A DNA stretch of 64,000 bases from assembly GCA_963762565.1 (NCBI GenBank), contig CAVXLD010000009.1, positions 32,001 through 96,000 of the forward strand, read 5' to 3'. The notes below the pieces were generated by a model. It was not told the DNA's origin. It ran no database searches and worked only from the letters and a program-made list of their open reading frames with translations. The position numbers were made by a program, and so were the translations under genes. The first letter of the stretch is position 1, and each line of letters opens with the position of its first letter. This document shows, one piece after another, positions 26,312 to 37,072 of this stretch. This stretch comes from an uncultured Verrucomicrobiae bacterium (GTDB lineage: Bacteria > Verrucomicrobiota > Verrucomicrobiia > Chthoniobacterales > JAFAMB01).

Positions 26312-29300
26312 CTACTGACACTTCGAAAGTGTAAATTGAAATGTTGCGCCGGGACCGTCATTCGATTCTGCCCAGAGGCGCCCGCCGTGATTTTCCACAA
26401 TAGAACGACTGATTGATAGACCCATGCCAAGGCCGCCAGGCTTGGTGGTTTGGAAAGCATCAAAGATTCGTTCGACATGTAACGGATCTAAGCCAATCCC
26501 TGAGTCGCGGACCGCAACCCGGATTTCGTCTCCTTCGCCGCGTTGAGTCGTGATTAGCAGATTTCGGGCATGATTCTCCACGGTGGCCATCGCTTCGATG
26601 GCGTTCAGAATCAGATTCACAACCACCTGCTGTAGTTGCACTCTGTCGCCCATCACTGGAGGAAGGTCGGCGGCCAGTTCCGTTCGTAGTACCAGATTGT
26701 TTCTACGCGCTTCACCCTGCGTGAGGGTGACAACTTCTTCAATCGCCTCGTTTAGATCCAACCGGTCCTTTGCCGTGCCGACCTTTTTAAAGAGGGATCG
26801 CATCCGCGAGATGACATCGCCGGCTCGCGTTCCATCGCGAATGATGCGGCGGATGGCTTCACCGACTTCGGAGAGGTTGGGCGGATCTCCGGTCAGCCAG
26901 CGCAGGCTCGCGTTCGCATTGGTTAGCATACCGGCAAGCGGTTGGTTAACTTCGTGAGCAATCGAGGCGGCCAACTCTCCCAGCGCTGTCACCCGAGTGA
27001 CATGAGCCAGTTCTGTCTGCGCCTCCGCCAAATGGGCCTGGCTCCGCCGAAGTGCCTCCTCGGCGCGCTTTTGTTCACTCAAGTCGAGCACAAAAGCGAC
27101 ACCCTCGTCCTGACCTTCTTCGAAGACGGCGGAGCCAACTAGAACGGGCACCCGGCTGCCATCGTTTCGGAAGTATTCTTTCTCGTACGGTTGAACAATC
27201 CCAGTCACTTTTATTTGTGCTACGGCCCGTTCAGTAACGTCGCGCCATTCCGTCGGAGTGAGGCTCCTCCAGCTCAGCCGCCCGGCAACAAGATCTTCAC
27301 GGTTGAAGTTCACCATGTGGAGAAACGCTTGGTTGGCTTCAATAATCTGGCCTTCAAGGTTCCAGATGAAGATCCCCATTATGTTCGCGTCGACCAGACG
27401 CCGAATCTTCGCTTCGCGTTTCTCCAGATCGTGATAAAGACGCGTATTCTCAAGCGAGATCGCGGCTTGCGAAGCAAGGAGTTTCAGCACCGCGATCCGC
27501 GTTGGGGTGAACACGTGCGGAGTCAGGTTATTTTCGAGGTAGAGCACGCCAATCAGTTTGGCTTGGTTAATCAAAGGCAAACAGAGAATGGAACGGGCGT
27601 GCTGCTGACGAATGTAGGTATCCCTAGAAAACGGAGGCTGCGCTGAAGCATCGTCGAGAATCACACTCGCCTGGGTTCGCACAACATAGTGGACGATGGA
27701 CTCTGGCACCGCAGCCTGAGCGAGGGACGCCTGTCCCAAACGCACGATGATCGTCTCGCCGCTGGTGGTGGCTTCCGCCTCAATCCGCTGCTCAACACCT
27801 CGCGGAAGAAGCAACAGACCTCGCTCAGCACCCGCGTGCTCGAGCGCTGTACGCATGAGTGTATCGATCAGTTTCTCCAAGACAATCTCGCCGGATACTG
27901 CTTGCGAGACTTTGATAACGGTAGCCAGATCCAGGTGTTCAACCGGGGTCCCAATTGTGCTCGCCGGACCGGGTACCGGCTCTTCCCCTCTTAGCTGCGG
28001 ATACAGTTCGTCGAGCTGCCGCACCTTACCGAGGGCTCCCCAACGACCATAACAGTACCGGGCATCCCGCAAATAGGTATGCGCGATCTTCGCAAGTCCG
28101 CGTGTGGCATAAAAGCGGGCTGCCAGCTCGTTGGCGAGCGCCTCATTGTGTACGAAGCCATTTTCAAATGCAGACCGTATTGCCTGTTCGTAAAGATGTT
28201 CAGCCTCTAATGGTCGACCTTGGACGCGCTCGATCTCTGCGCCCACTAGAGCGACACGGTTCTCGAAATTCTCGGGGCAGTTCTCCTCCCATATTTGCAG
28301 TTGTCTATCGTGAGCAGCCAGAGCGTCAAGGTGCTGCCGTTGCTGGTCGGGAAATGCGGAATCGCAGGAAGCCGCATGAGCAAGCGCACTATAGAAGTGA
28401 TACTCCGCCGTCTCAAAGATTGACGGCGCTGCCCAGAGGAGCCGTTGTGCTTTTGAAGATGCGTCGAGGGCCGTATCGTAGTCCCCGGCAAAGAAGCGTG
28501 CTTGCAGCTTTCGGATCCAGTACCAGAGCTGGGGCAGCGTAGCTGCCGGAACGCTGGCAAAATGCCGCTCGATATCGGCCTCGTCATCGAAGGAGCCAAA
28601 CTTTTTGGTCAAACCCCTCAGGGTCCGGATTAGCGCGAGTTGCGGACCGATGACGCCAATGAAATAGGCGAATCGAGCCCTGCCGGCAAATTCAAGGCCA
28701 TTCTCGGCTACGCGTTGTGCCTCCACCAGGGGATGTCCAGTCGCAAGAGAGTTCGCCGTGAGGTGTTCGAAGGTGACCGCAACAGCGAAAAGGTCGCCGA
28801 CCTTATACGCTGCATCAAAAGCTCGCTGGGTGAACTCGCGACTGACTCGGAGATGTTTCGTCCAGGGCATAACGAATTGCCCAAACCACATGTAGGTTCT
28901 GGCCTGGAAACGCTGCAACTCGCCTTTTTCGACCAGTTCGTAACCCAGCCGGCCGAAACGAAACCCAGCCTTGTAGTTGCCGAAGTGCACCCCAGCTATC
29001 GCCCCAAACCACACATAAGCAACGCAAGAGCCGTCGCTGTGCCCTTGCTCGAGGCTCAGATTTACCGCCCGGCAGACGGTTAGCGAAAGAAGGTTCGGAT
29101 CCGTAAACATCGCGGGCGGCAAGAGCTTGATCAAAACATCCATTGTCCCAAGGGAAGTCGGATCGTCCATCAATGGCAATCCAATGAGCCCCTCGACCGT
29201 ACGCGTGCCAAGCCGTGCCCAAATTTGCTGATACTCCTGCCGGGCCTCCTCCTCTGTGGGATGGGACGACCATTCGATGCCTAGATAGCGAAGGTAATCG

Positions 29301-31945
29301 AGAGAGACAGCGATCGCCCGACTGCTCTCATTTAGGCTCGTGTACAAATCGATGAGCAAGGATGTGACCGTCGCCAAGTCGACGGCATTTGATGCCCGGG
29401 ATGAAAGCGCGGTCAAACGCTGCTCCGCAGCCGCTGTTTGGCCAGTCAGGAACTCGCATTCGGCCCGGAGCAACACCAGCGGGAAGATGAGGTGATACTT
29501 GCTATCCCAACAGTCGCCAGACAACAGTTCGGCTCCGGTAGCAAGGTAGTTCAACGCTGAGACGTAAGCCGTAGAAGCTCTGGCTCGCTTGCCCGCGATG
29601 AGGTTTAGCTCGGCGAGTCGCTCGCGCTCGTCTCGTGAGGTGATCAAGGCCGCACCGCGATTTAGCTGGTTGACGATTTCGAAGACGGCTTCTTCCCTCT
29701 TTTCTGGAGTAAAGTGTTCCCACAGCAGCCTTCCTACTCGCAGATGACTCTCGGCACGCGAATGTTCACTAATTAGTGAATAAGCTGCTTCATGGATGCG
29801 ATCGTGAATAAACTTATAGGCGCCCTCCTGACGGGTGATGAACTCCAGACGAATCGCTTCCCATAGATCGGAGTGGACTTGGTCCTCTGATGTTCCGTGC
29901 ACAATGGAAACCGTGGTGATTTCTGCGCTGTTTCCCAAGCAGGCAAGTTCCTGCACTGCTTTCTGGGTCTGGATTGGCAGACGGTTCAACTTTCCGACCA
30001 TGAGCTCCACCACATTATCAGTGTAACCCTTGGCGTGAATGCGATTCAGATCCCAAACCCATCGCGCAGCGTTGTGATCGAAGGCGAGTAGCTGTTCCTC
30101 GACCAACGCATAGATAAACTGGATAACGAAGAATGGGTTACCAGCAGTCTTTTCGTGCACTAGTTGGGCCAGCGGGATAGCGCGTTCTGGTTCGCACTGA
30201 AGCGAATCCGCAATCAACTGTCCCAAATCTTCGCAGGCCAATGGCGCCAGGACGATTTCGTGCACCAGCGCTCCGGTTAGGCGAATCGCCTCCAGCCTGC
30301 GCCATAGGGGGTGGGTGGAATCGACTTCATTGTCTCTATATGCACCGATTAACATTAAATGGTGCACATCTGGCTGGGTCGATAAATCCTCCAGGAAATC
30401 CAGTGTTGCCGCGTCGAGCCATTGTAGATCATCGAGGAACAAGGCCAAGGGATGTTCCGGCCGCGCGAATACGCCGATAAATCGGCGCAATACGAGTTGG
30501 AAACGGCCTTGCGTAGCCTGTGGCGGAAGGTCAGGCACGGGAGGCTGTTCTCCTATAATGAGCTTCAATTCAGGAACCAGATCCACGATGAGCTTTGCAT
30601 TCGGCTCGAGCGCTGCGCAAAAGGCGTCGCGCCAGATTTGCAGCTCGGATTCGCTCTTACTCAAAAGCGGACGGATAAGGTCGTTAAAGGCTTGAGCTAG
30701 AGTAGCGTAAGGGACATCGCGCTTGTACTGGTCGAACTTGCCGAACGCGAAGAGCCCACGCGGCGGAACGAGCGCCTTGTGCAACTCGTGTACTACCGAG
30801 GACTTGCCGATACCGGAATAGCCGGATACGAGCACCAGATTCGTTTTACCGGTGGTGACGACCTGATCAAAGGCATCCAGAAGCGTTTTGATCTCTCGAT
30901 CACGACCGTACAGTTTTTCCGGCGTATGGAGCCGATCTGAAATGTCGTCCTTGCCGAGGGAGAACGAGTTAATGCGTCTATGAGCTTCCCACTCGGTCAG
31001 GCATTTTCTCAGGTCAGCCACCAACCCGGCCGCCGTCTGGTAGCGGTCCTCGGCCGTTTTCGAGAGCAGTTTCAAAATGATGGCTGAGACGATCTCTGGC
31101 GCATCCTGCCGCCACTGACGAAGCGGAATTGGATGTCGCGCGATATGGCAGTGAACCCATTCCATCGGATCGGAAGCGATGAAGGGAAGACTCCCAGTCA
31201 GCATTTGGTAAAACGTGACGCCGAGCGAATAGAGATCGCTCCGGGAATCAATGGAACGATTCATTCGCCCGGTCTGCTCGGGCGCCATGTAGGGGAGTGT
31301 CCCGGCGATAAACTCGGGAGGTTCGGGAGCCTGACGCTCTCGTCGAAGCCGCGACGCAACTAACAAGCCCGTCAGCCAGCACTGGCCGGTGACAGGGTTG
31401 ACCAGAACATTGGCTGGCTTGATGTCTTTGTGGATAATGCCGCGGTGATGCAAGTGCCCAATGGCCATCGAAAGGCCGATAGCCATACGCAACCAAAACG
31501 CTAAATCCACTGGCTGACTGAGCGATTGATCAAGAGGCGCGCCACCGGGATCCTCCAATACAAGTACCGGCCGGTCCCAGTGGCGAGCAATTCCAATTGG
31601 CCGGGCAGCCCATTTCGGGTCAAGCTCTTCCCTCAGAGAATATGCGTGCTCCAGCCATTTCAGAATTTCCGGTGCAGCATACTCCGCCATAGGCGCAAGC
31701 ACGAGAACCCGACTAAGTCCCGCATCCGCGGGACTTAGTCGCGGCTCTTGACTGACGTCAGCCTTACCCAAGATTGAGGGCCCGCTGTAGCCTGCGACGG
31801 CGGCCTGAGATCCCTCGTCATTACTCCGTCCGCGATAAAGGATAAAGTCTTCTTCCTTCCGCAGCGACTCGAACGCATATCGCGATAGGTCAATCACAAG
31901 CCAGCTCCAGCTAACCACAATACACAGTTCGTGCCGAGCTACCAA
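26312..31945 (-). CDS. Trifunctional Ser/Thr kinase-like / AAA ATPase / GAF / PAS / histidine kinase
   Basis: HKDIKPAN, YMAPEQTGR, GYSGIGKS, LFLDDLQW, GNPFF, GAF YLENN, PAS EKEYFR.DGSRVPV and HEVNQPL. Confidence 0.93.
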   Translation of the reverse strand: MVARHELCIVVSWSWLVIDLSRYAFESLRKEEDFILYRGRSNDEGSQAAVAGYSGPSILGKADVSQEPRLSPADAGLSRVLVLAPMAEYAAPEILKWLEHAYSLREELDPKWAARPIGIARHWDRPVLVLEDPGGAPLDQSLSQPVDLAFWLRMAIGLSMAIGHLHHRGIIHKDIKPANVLVNPVTGQCWLTGLLVASRLRRERQAPEPPEFIAGTLPYMAPEQTGRMNRSIDSRSDLYSLGVTFYQMLTGSLPFIASDPMEWVHCHIARHPIPLRQWRQDAPEIVSAIILKLLSKTAEDRYQTAAGLVADLRKCLTEWEAHRRINSFSLGKDDISDRLHTPEKLYGRDREIKTLLDAFDQVVTTGKTNLVLVSGYSGIGKSSVVHELHKALVPPRGLFAFGKFDQYKRDVPYATLAQAFNDLIRPLLSKSESELQIWRDAFCAALEPNAKLIVDLVPELKLIIGEQPPVPDLPPQATQGRFQLVLRRFIGVFARPEHPLALFLDDLQWLDAATLDFLEDLSTQPDVHHLMLIGAYRDNEVDSTHPLWRRLEAIRLTGALVHEIVLAPLACEDLGQLIADSLQCEPERAIPLAQLVHEKTAGNPFFVIQFIYALVEEQLLAFDHNAARWVWDLNRIHAKGYTDNVVELMVGKLNRLPIQTQKAVQELACLGNSAEITTVSIVHGTSEDQVHSDLWEAIRLEFITRQEGAYKFIHDRIHEAAYSLISEHSRAESHLRVGRLLWEHFTPEKREEAVFEIVNQLNRGAALITSRDERERLAELNLIAGKRARASTAYVSALNYLATGAELLSGDCWDSKYHLIFPLVLLRAECEFLTGQTAAAEQRLTALSSRASNAVDLATVTSLLIDLYTSLNESSRAIAVSLDYLRYLGIEWSSHPTEEEARQEYQQIWARLGTRTVEGLIGLPLMDDPTSLGTMDVLIKLLPPAMFTDPNLLSLTVCRAVNLSLEQGHSDGSCVAYVWFGAIAGVHFGNYKAGFRFGRLGYELVEKGELQRFQARTYMWFGQFVMPWTKHLRVSREFTQRAFDAAYKVGDLFAVAVTFEHLTANSLATGHPLVEAQRVAENGLEFAGRARFAYFIGVIGPQLALIRTLRGLTKKFGSFDDEADIERHFASVPAATLPQLWYWIRKLQARFFAGDYDTALDASSKAQRLLWAAPSIFETAEYHFYSALAHAASCDSAFPDQQRQHLDALAAHDRQLQIWEENCPENFENRVALVGAEIERVQGRPLEAEHLYEQAIRSAFENGFVHNEALANELAARFYATRGLAKIAHTYLRDARYCYGRWGALGKVRQLDELYPQLRGEEPVPGPASTIGTPVEHLDLATVIKVSQAVSGEIVLEKLIDTLMRTALEHAGAERGLLLLPRGVEQRIEAEATTSGETIIVRLGQASLAQAAVPESIVHYVVRTQASVILDDASAQPPFSRDTYIRQQHARSILCLPLINQAKLIGVLYLENNLTPHVFTPTRIAVLKLLASQAAISLENTRLYHDLEKREAKIRRLVDANIMGIFIWNLEGQIIEANQAFLHMVNFNREDLVAGRLSWRSLTPTEWRDVTERAVAQIKVTGIVQPYEKEYFRNDGSRVPVLVGSAVFEEGQDEGVAFVLDLSEQKRAEEALRRSQAHLAEAQTELAHVTRVTALGELAASIAHEVNQPLAGMLTNANASLRWLTGDPPNLSEVGEAIRRIIRDGTRAGDVISRMRSLFKKVGTAKDRLDLNEAIEEVVTLTQGEARRNNLVLRTELAADLPPVMGDRVQLQQVVVNLILNAIEAMATVENHARNLLITTQRGEGDEIRVAVRDSGIGLDPLHVERIFDAFQTTKPGGLGMGLSISRSIVENHGGRLWAESNDGPGATFQFTLSKCQ

Positions 31946-32139
31946 AAGGCGGTTGGTGCGTGTGTCGGGGTAGCCGCTGGCTTAGTGGATAGATGGCCAC
32001 GCCGCGGTATTTATGCTGGCTCTGGCCGTGATGCTGGTTTGTCTGCTCCCGGCATCAGCCAATAACAATCAAAATGACTGCGATCTGCTATTCGGCGCGC
32101 AGCGCCCCTCCTAGCTCCTAGATTCTAGCTCCTAGCTCC

Positions 32140-33825
32140 TCAATCCGTCACCGCTCCTTCGGACGCCGACTTCACCTGACTCGCGTATTTCGCCAGGACA
32201 CCTCGGGGATATTTCGGTTTTGGCGATTTCCAGGCCTTTAGCCGCTCTTGCAGCTCGGCTTTCGAGATCTTGAGATCGATCGTTCGTTTCTCGGCATCGA
32301 TGGCGATCGGATCGCCGTTTTTAACCACGGCGATCGGTCCGCCTACAAACGCTTCCGGAGTCACATGGCCGATCACAAAACCATGGCTCCCACCTGAGAA
32401 CCGGCCATCGGTGATTAATGCGACCTCTTTACTCAGGCCTTTCCCCGCAATCGCCGACGTCGGAGAAAGCATCTCGCGCATACCGGGGCCTCCTTTCGGC
32501 CCTTCATAACGGATCACGATGACATCCCCTTTTTTGACCTTGTCGTCCAGGATCGCGCGCAATGCTCTCTCTTCCGATTCAAATACCCGGGCCGGACCGG
32601 AGAATTTTAGTCCTTCTTTACCGGAGATTTTGGCGACCGCTCCTTCCGTCGCCAGATTCCCGTAGAGAACCACCAAATGGCTCTCCGATTTGATCGGGTT
32701 CTTCAACGGGCGAATAATCTCTTGGCCTTTCGGGTAGGGCTTAATGGCAGCCAGATTCTGTTTCAGCGTTTTGCCGCTCACGGTCAGGCAATCGCCATGC
32801 AAAAGCCCTTCCTGAAGCAGGGTCTTCATCATCGGAATGATGCCGCCGATTTGCACCAGTTCCCACATCGAGTAGCGTCCGCTGGGTTTAAGATCGGCCA
32901 ACACCGGGACCCGTTTTCCGATTCGAGTCCAATCGTCTAGCTTCAACCGGATCCCGGCAGCGTGAGCAATTGCTAACAAATGCAAAACCGCGTTGGTCGA
33001 TCCTCCTAACGCGATAGCCACGGTCATGGCGTTCTCAAATGATTCTTTGGAAAGAATATCGGAAGGACGGATTCCTTTTTTTATGAGGTTGAGAACGGCA
33101 GCGCCGGCGCTGCGGCAGTCCGCCAGTTTTTCCTCTGAAATAGCCGCCTGGGCTGAGCTATTAGGCAGGCTCATCCCCAGGGCTTCGATCGCCGAGGCCA
33201 TCGTATTTGCGGTATACATGCCGCCACACGACCCCGGTCCAGGGATGGCGCAGGATTCAACCGCCTCAAGTTCTTGATCCGAAATCTTGCCGCTGGAATG
33301 AGCGCCGACCGCTTCAAAGATCGAAACAATATCCAGGTTACGCCCATTCAAACACCCGGGCAAAATCGTACCCCCGTAAACAAAGACTGAAGGCCGGTTG
33401 AGCCGAGCCAAAGCAATGAGACACCCGGGCATATTCTTGTCGCATCCGCCCACGGCCACAACCCCGTCAAAACCTTCCGCCGCGCTCACGGTTTCAATCG
33501 AGTCGGCAATAATCTCGCGGGAAACCATCGAATACTTCATCCCTTCAGTCCCCATCGAGATACCGTCCGAAACCGTGATCGTATTGAAAGTAATCGATTT
33601 CCCTCCGGCCCCTTCAACCCCCCGCACGACTTCACGGGCCAGCTTGTCGATATGAACGTTGCACGGGGTGACTTCTGACCAGGTGGAAGCCACTCCGATG
33701 ATCGGTTTCTTAAAGTCCTCTTTTTTGAACCCTACGGCATATAGCATCCCCCGGCTAAATGCGCGCTCGGGCCCATCAACAACCGGCGCCGAAAATTCGC
33801 GAGGATCATGACCATTTTTCTTCAT
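32140..33825 (-). CDS. ilvD: Dihydroxy-acid dehydratase
   Basis: [35 protein letters not shown] and TDGRFSGG. Confidence 0.97.
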   Translation of the reverse strand: MKKNGHDPREFSAPVVDGPERAFSRGMLYAVGFKKEDFKKPIIGVASTWSEVTPCNVHIDKLAREVVRGVEGAGGKSITFNTITVSDGISMGTEGMKYSMVSREIIADSIETVSAAEGFDGVVAVGGCDKNMPGCLIALARLNRPSVFVYGGTILPGCLNGRNLDIVSIFEAVGAHSSGKISDQELEAVESCAIPGPGSCGGMYTANTMASAIEALGMSLPNSSAQAAISEEKLADCRSAGAAVLNLIKKGIRPSDILSKESFENAMTVAIALGGSTNAVLHLLAIAHAAGIRLKLDDWTRIGKRVPVLADLKPSGRYSMWELVQIGGIIPMMKTLLQEGLLHGDCLTVSGKTLKQNLAAIKPYPKGQEIIRPLKNPIKSESHLVVLYGNLATEGAVAKISGKEGLKFSGPARVFESEERALRAILDDKVKKGDVIVIRYEGPKGGPGMREMLSPTSAIAGKGLSKEVALITDGRFSGGSHGFVIGHVTPEAFVGGPIAVVKNGDPIAIDAEKRTIDLKISKAELQERLKAWKSPKPKYPRGVLAKYASQVKSASEGAVTD

Positions 33826-33877
33826 GTGCAGTCATTCTGTAAGGTCCGAACTGGAAACTGGAAAGGGAATTTTTTTA

Positions 33878-34232
33878 AGGAGCTAGGAGCTAGAATCTAG
33901 GAGCTAGGAGCTAGGAGAAGCGTGTCGGCGTGTCGGCGTGTCGGCGTGGTTGCCACGAAGTGGCGAAACAGAATAGCCCAGGGCTTCGCCCTGGGTTGGG
34001 TTCCAAAAAGAGGATCGCCCTGAAGGGGTGACCGACATTGGACGCTGCGTTGGCCACATCGTCGCACAGGCTTGAACAAGAAACTTGGCGAGCACGGATT
34101 CTCCTCTCCCGCCCTTTCAGGGCGGATCCATGAGGGCCGTCATACCCAGGGCTAAAGCCCTGGGCTGTTCTGTTTAGCCACTTCGTGGCATTCGCCGCAT
34201 CGCCGACACGCTTCTCCTAGCTCCTAGCTCCT
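33878..34232. repeat. Nested repeat: (AGGAGCT)n / (GGCGTGTC)n brackets around an inverted-repeat element at 33951-34190
   Basis: TGCCACGAAGTGGCGAAACAGAATAGCCCAGGGC... pairs with ...GCCCTGGGCTGTTCTGTTTAGCCACTTCGTGGCA; the flanking tracts are reverse complements. Confidence 0.88.
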
Positions 34233-34233
34233 C

Positions 34234-34857
34234 TCACACCAGCGCTCGATTCGCCCACAGCATGAGCCTCTCGATCAGGCTCAACGCGTCCGCGCAACGG
34301 GTTTCCTCCACATGAAACACCACTCTCCCTTTTCCCCGGATCACAAAGATCTTGCTTAAGAGGGGAGCGGGGAGCTCGCCGAGCCTTTCCAATAGCTGAA
34401 GCGGCAACTGCTCTCTCACCATAGGCGATGAACCTGCTACGACAAAATGACGATCAAATTCCGGGAGCCCGGTATCGATTACCTTAGCGTGCATCCATTC
34501 CACAAACCACTCCGGCTCGGTCTTCCCGGCAAAGGTGCCAGCCAGAAACCGGGGGGGTTGCTCCGAATGCCGTTCCCTGGCCGTGATGAAGCACCAACTA
34601 TCAATGGCGGGTTCATCCGGCACCGACAACTCGACATAAGGACGTGGAACCCGCCCGTTCCATTCGGCTAACCACGCCATACCGGCTTTATCCCCGGTTA
34701 ACCGATACCAAAGCCCTTCATGATCTTCCTCCAAGCGCCATCGCCTTTTTCTAGCCTCCCATCTGACATGACGTAACGGCGATAGACCGAGAAACCAGAC
34801 CCACATGAGAAGTCCAGCTAATGCAACCACAGTTAGAGGTACGACAACTTGGGTCAC
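34234..34857 (-). CDS. Hypothetical membrane-anchored protein
   Basis: N-terminal TM helix and a TG.PEFDRHF motif. Confidence 0.7.
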   Translation of the reverse strand: MTQVVVPLTVVALAGLLMWVWFLGLSPLRHVRWEARKRRWRLEEDHEGLWYRLTGDKAGMAWLAEWNGRVPRPYVELSVPDEPAIDSWCFITARERHSEQPPRFLAGTFAGKTEPEWFVEWMHAKVIDTGLPEFDRHFVVAGSSPMVREQLPLQLLERLGELPAPLLSKIFVIRGKGRVVFHVEETRCADALSLIERLMLWANRALV

Positions 34858-34923
34858 CGCCCGGCAAGTGAAATCATGCCCCCAGTCTTCATCAATGAAA
34901 GCTTTGCAACATTTCAGTCACAC

Positions 34924-35210
34924 TAGCCTGCAAGGCTTTCTAAGGCGCCCGCCTTAGAAAGCCTTGCAGGCTATGGCAGCAACCTGATCTGGCCTACAGC
35001 GGATCAGGTTGCTGCTACTCTAAAAGGAGGATTGGTGGGTAGTTTAGGTCTTCTCAAAAAGCAGCAGAATGGCCGGCGTAAGCCGGGCATTCTGCTGCCA
35101 TAGCGAGCATTTCGCACAAATCCGCTGCCGCTGACTTTGTGGCTGTTACCGGAAACAGGTCCGAAAACCGGCGCTAGAACACAGAGCGGATTTGTGCGAA
35201 ATGCTCGCTA
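34924..35210. mobile_element. Tandem stack of three TA-bounded palindromic mini-elements
   Basis: 34924-34973 has perfect 23-bp arms; 34974-35100 is TGGCAGCA...TGCTGCCA with two internal hairpins; 35101-35210 has perfect 26-bp arms. Confidence 0.65.
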
Positions 35211-35735
35211 GTGCCAAGCGAACTTGACCTGCAGAGGATTGTTTCCGAGCTGTATTCGCCTGTCTATCGGTTCGCCTTCGCCTTGAGTAGAAACGAGACC
35301 CAAGCGGCTGATCTCGCTCAGGAAACGTTTCTGATCTTAACCAAGCAGCAGGCTCAGGTCCGGGATATCACCAAGATCAAGTCCTGGTTGTTTACGACGC
35401 TGCGCCGGGAGTTTTTGCGCGGTTTACGCTCCCAATCGTCGCATCCGGAGGTCGAGCTAAAGCCGGAGCACCAAGATGAATTGGTCGCCGACTCCCGAGT
35501 GCTCGAGGCGAGTGATGCTGCCACGGTCATCGAGGCGTTGACCCGCGTTGATGAGAGTTATCGGGTCGTCCTGGAATTATTTTACCTGGCAGACCTCTCC
35601 TATAAAGAGATAGCCGCAACCTTGGATATACCGATCGGGACGGTGATGTCCCGTTTGTCCCGAGGTAAAGAGCAACTGAGAACACTTTTAGCTAAAACCA
35701 CACCGCCCGACAGAATCATTCCTCGTCCCAAGTAA
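35211..35735 (+). CDS. ECF sigma-70 factor
   Basis: AADLAQETF, KSWLFTTL, LSYKEIA..LDIPIGTVMSRLSRG. Confidence 0.93.
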   Translation: MPSELDLQRIVSELYSPVYRFAFALSRNETQAADLAQETFLILTKQQAQVRDITKIKSWLFTTLRREFLRGLRSQSSHPEVELKPEHQDELVADSRVLEASDAATVIEALTRVDESYRVVLELFYLADLSYKEIAATLDIPIGTVMSRLSRGKEQLRTLLAKTTPPDRIIPRPK

Positions 35736-35753
35736 AAACCTGCCTTCTAAGAC

Positions 35754-36563
35754 ATGAATTCGGACGCCGCCAAAGAAATTCTATCAGCATACCGGTCCAG
35801 CGATCGGGATGGGGCGGATCCATTTTTTCGCGAAGCGCTCGACCAAATGGAGCGCGACGGCCAACTCAAGAAGTGGTTCGAAGAGCAACACGGCGTGGAC
35901 CGGGCGATCCGAGACAAATTGGCCAGCATCCAGCCGCCGGCTGATCTCCAGGCAAAAATTCTGGCTCAGATTAGAGGCCAGAAAGTCCGGCGATTCGCGT
36001 TACCTCCGGTCTGGCTAGCGGCGGCGGCTTGTTTGGTACTCGGGGGATTCGTTTTGTTTTATTCGAACCACCAGGGAGGACCCGATCGATTCCAGGAGTT
36101 CAAGAGCGACGCCCTGGCAATGGTTTCAGCGCAAGGTGGACCGGTGCTCGATTTGTGGACATCGAATCTAGACGAAACCCAGAGTTACCTGAAGGAACAT
36201 CAAGCGCCCTATGACGAATGGCTGCCAAACCGGCTAAAATCGATGGAAACGGCCGGGTGCAGGGCCTTTGTTTGGAAAGATTATCCAGCATCGCTGACCT
36301 GTTTTCGAATGGCCAACGGTATGCTGCTACACCTGGTTGTAATCAATCGAGACGCCATGGGAAACGCCAACATCCCAGTCGGAATGAAATCCATGGGAGA
36401 CTGGCACGTCATGTTCCAGCAGAAAGATGGGATGTTATTGATGTGGGCAACCCAAGCGCCCATGGAAAAAATGAAGGAGATGTTGCTGGTGGCGGCGGGG
36501 GGAAAAGGAGTTCGAGGAGTTGCAGGAGTTCAAGGAGTAGGTCTTCGGTCGGCCCTAATGTAA
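35754..36563 (+). CDS. Putative membrane-bound anti-sigma factor
   Basis: Directly follows the ECF gene; PP.DL..KI, WLAAAA TM segment and a periplasmic GCR...CF domain. Confidence 0.75.
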   Translation: MNSDAAKEILSAYRSSDRDGADPFFREALDQMERDGQLKKWFEEQHGVDRAIRDKLASIQPPADLQAKILAQIRGQKVRRFALPPVWLAAAACLVLGGFVLFYSNHQGGPDRFQEFKSDALAMVSAQGGPVLDLWTSNLDETQSYLKEHQAPYDEWLPNRLKSMETAGCRAFVWKDYPASLTCFRMANGMLLHLVVINRDAMGNANIPVGMKSMGDWHVMFQQKDGMLLMWATQAPMEKMKEMLLVAAGGKGVRGVAGVQGVGLRSALM

Positions 36564-36622
36564 GAGCGGAAAGCGCCCTGAAAGCATCTCCAACCCCCAA
36601 GGAGCTCCGCAGGGTCCAAATT

Positions 36623-36864
36623 GGGGAGGGCGCGCTGCCTGTCCGACATAGCCTTATGCATCCGATCGGTTTTTCTTCGAGCGGGGCGACGTCGGATCCC
36701 CGCGCGCCGCGGAGACGTGCCACGACAGAAAGGCATATGTTCATCCGCGGTCATAACATGTCCTCGGCTTCGGTAACAGCGGATCGCGAGGATCCGACGT
36801 CGCCAGCGCTGAGAAGAAAAGACCCACGATGGAAGGCTATGTCGGACAGGCTGCGATCCCTCCC
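36623..36864. repeat. REP doublet with nested inserts in both arms
   Basis: Left arm matches 1262-1350; right arm matches about 56550-56634. Confidence 0.88.
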
Positions 36865-36948
36865 GGGCGACGGCGCCGCTTCAAACACAAGAGCGAAAGC
36901 GCTTAGTGAATCGGTTCCGGCGAAGCAGTGATTCACCCAATCATTATT

Positions 36949-36965
36949 CCCTACTAATTAAATAG
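36949..36965 (+). promoter_or_regulatory. Putative operator (Rrf2/CymR-like pseudo-palindrome)
   Basis: CCCTACTAATTAAATAG, 13/17 identical to 39942-39958, upstream of the sulfate genes. Confidence 0.5.
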
Positions 36966-37072
36966 ACTTTACCGTCGCAGCGTACTAGCTTAGACGCGAT
37001 TTCACTAATTTATCGGAGGAACTGGGCCCCGAGCGATCCTGTCATTGACCCGGCGCGAGCGAGGCTCTCGCT

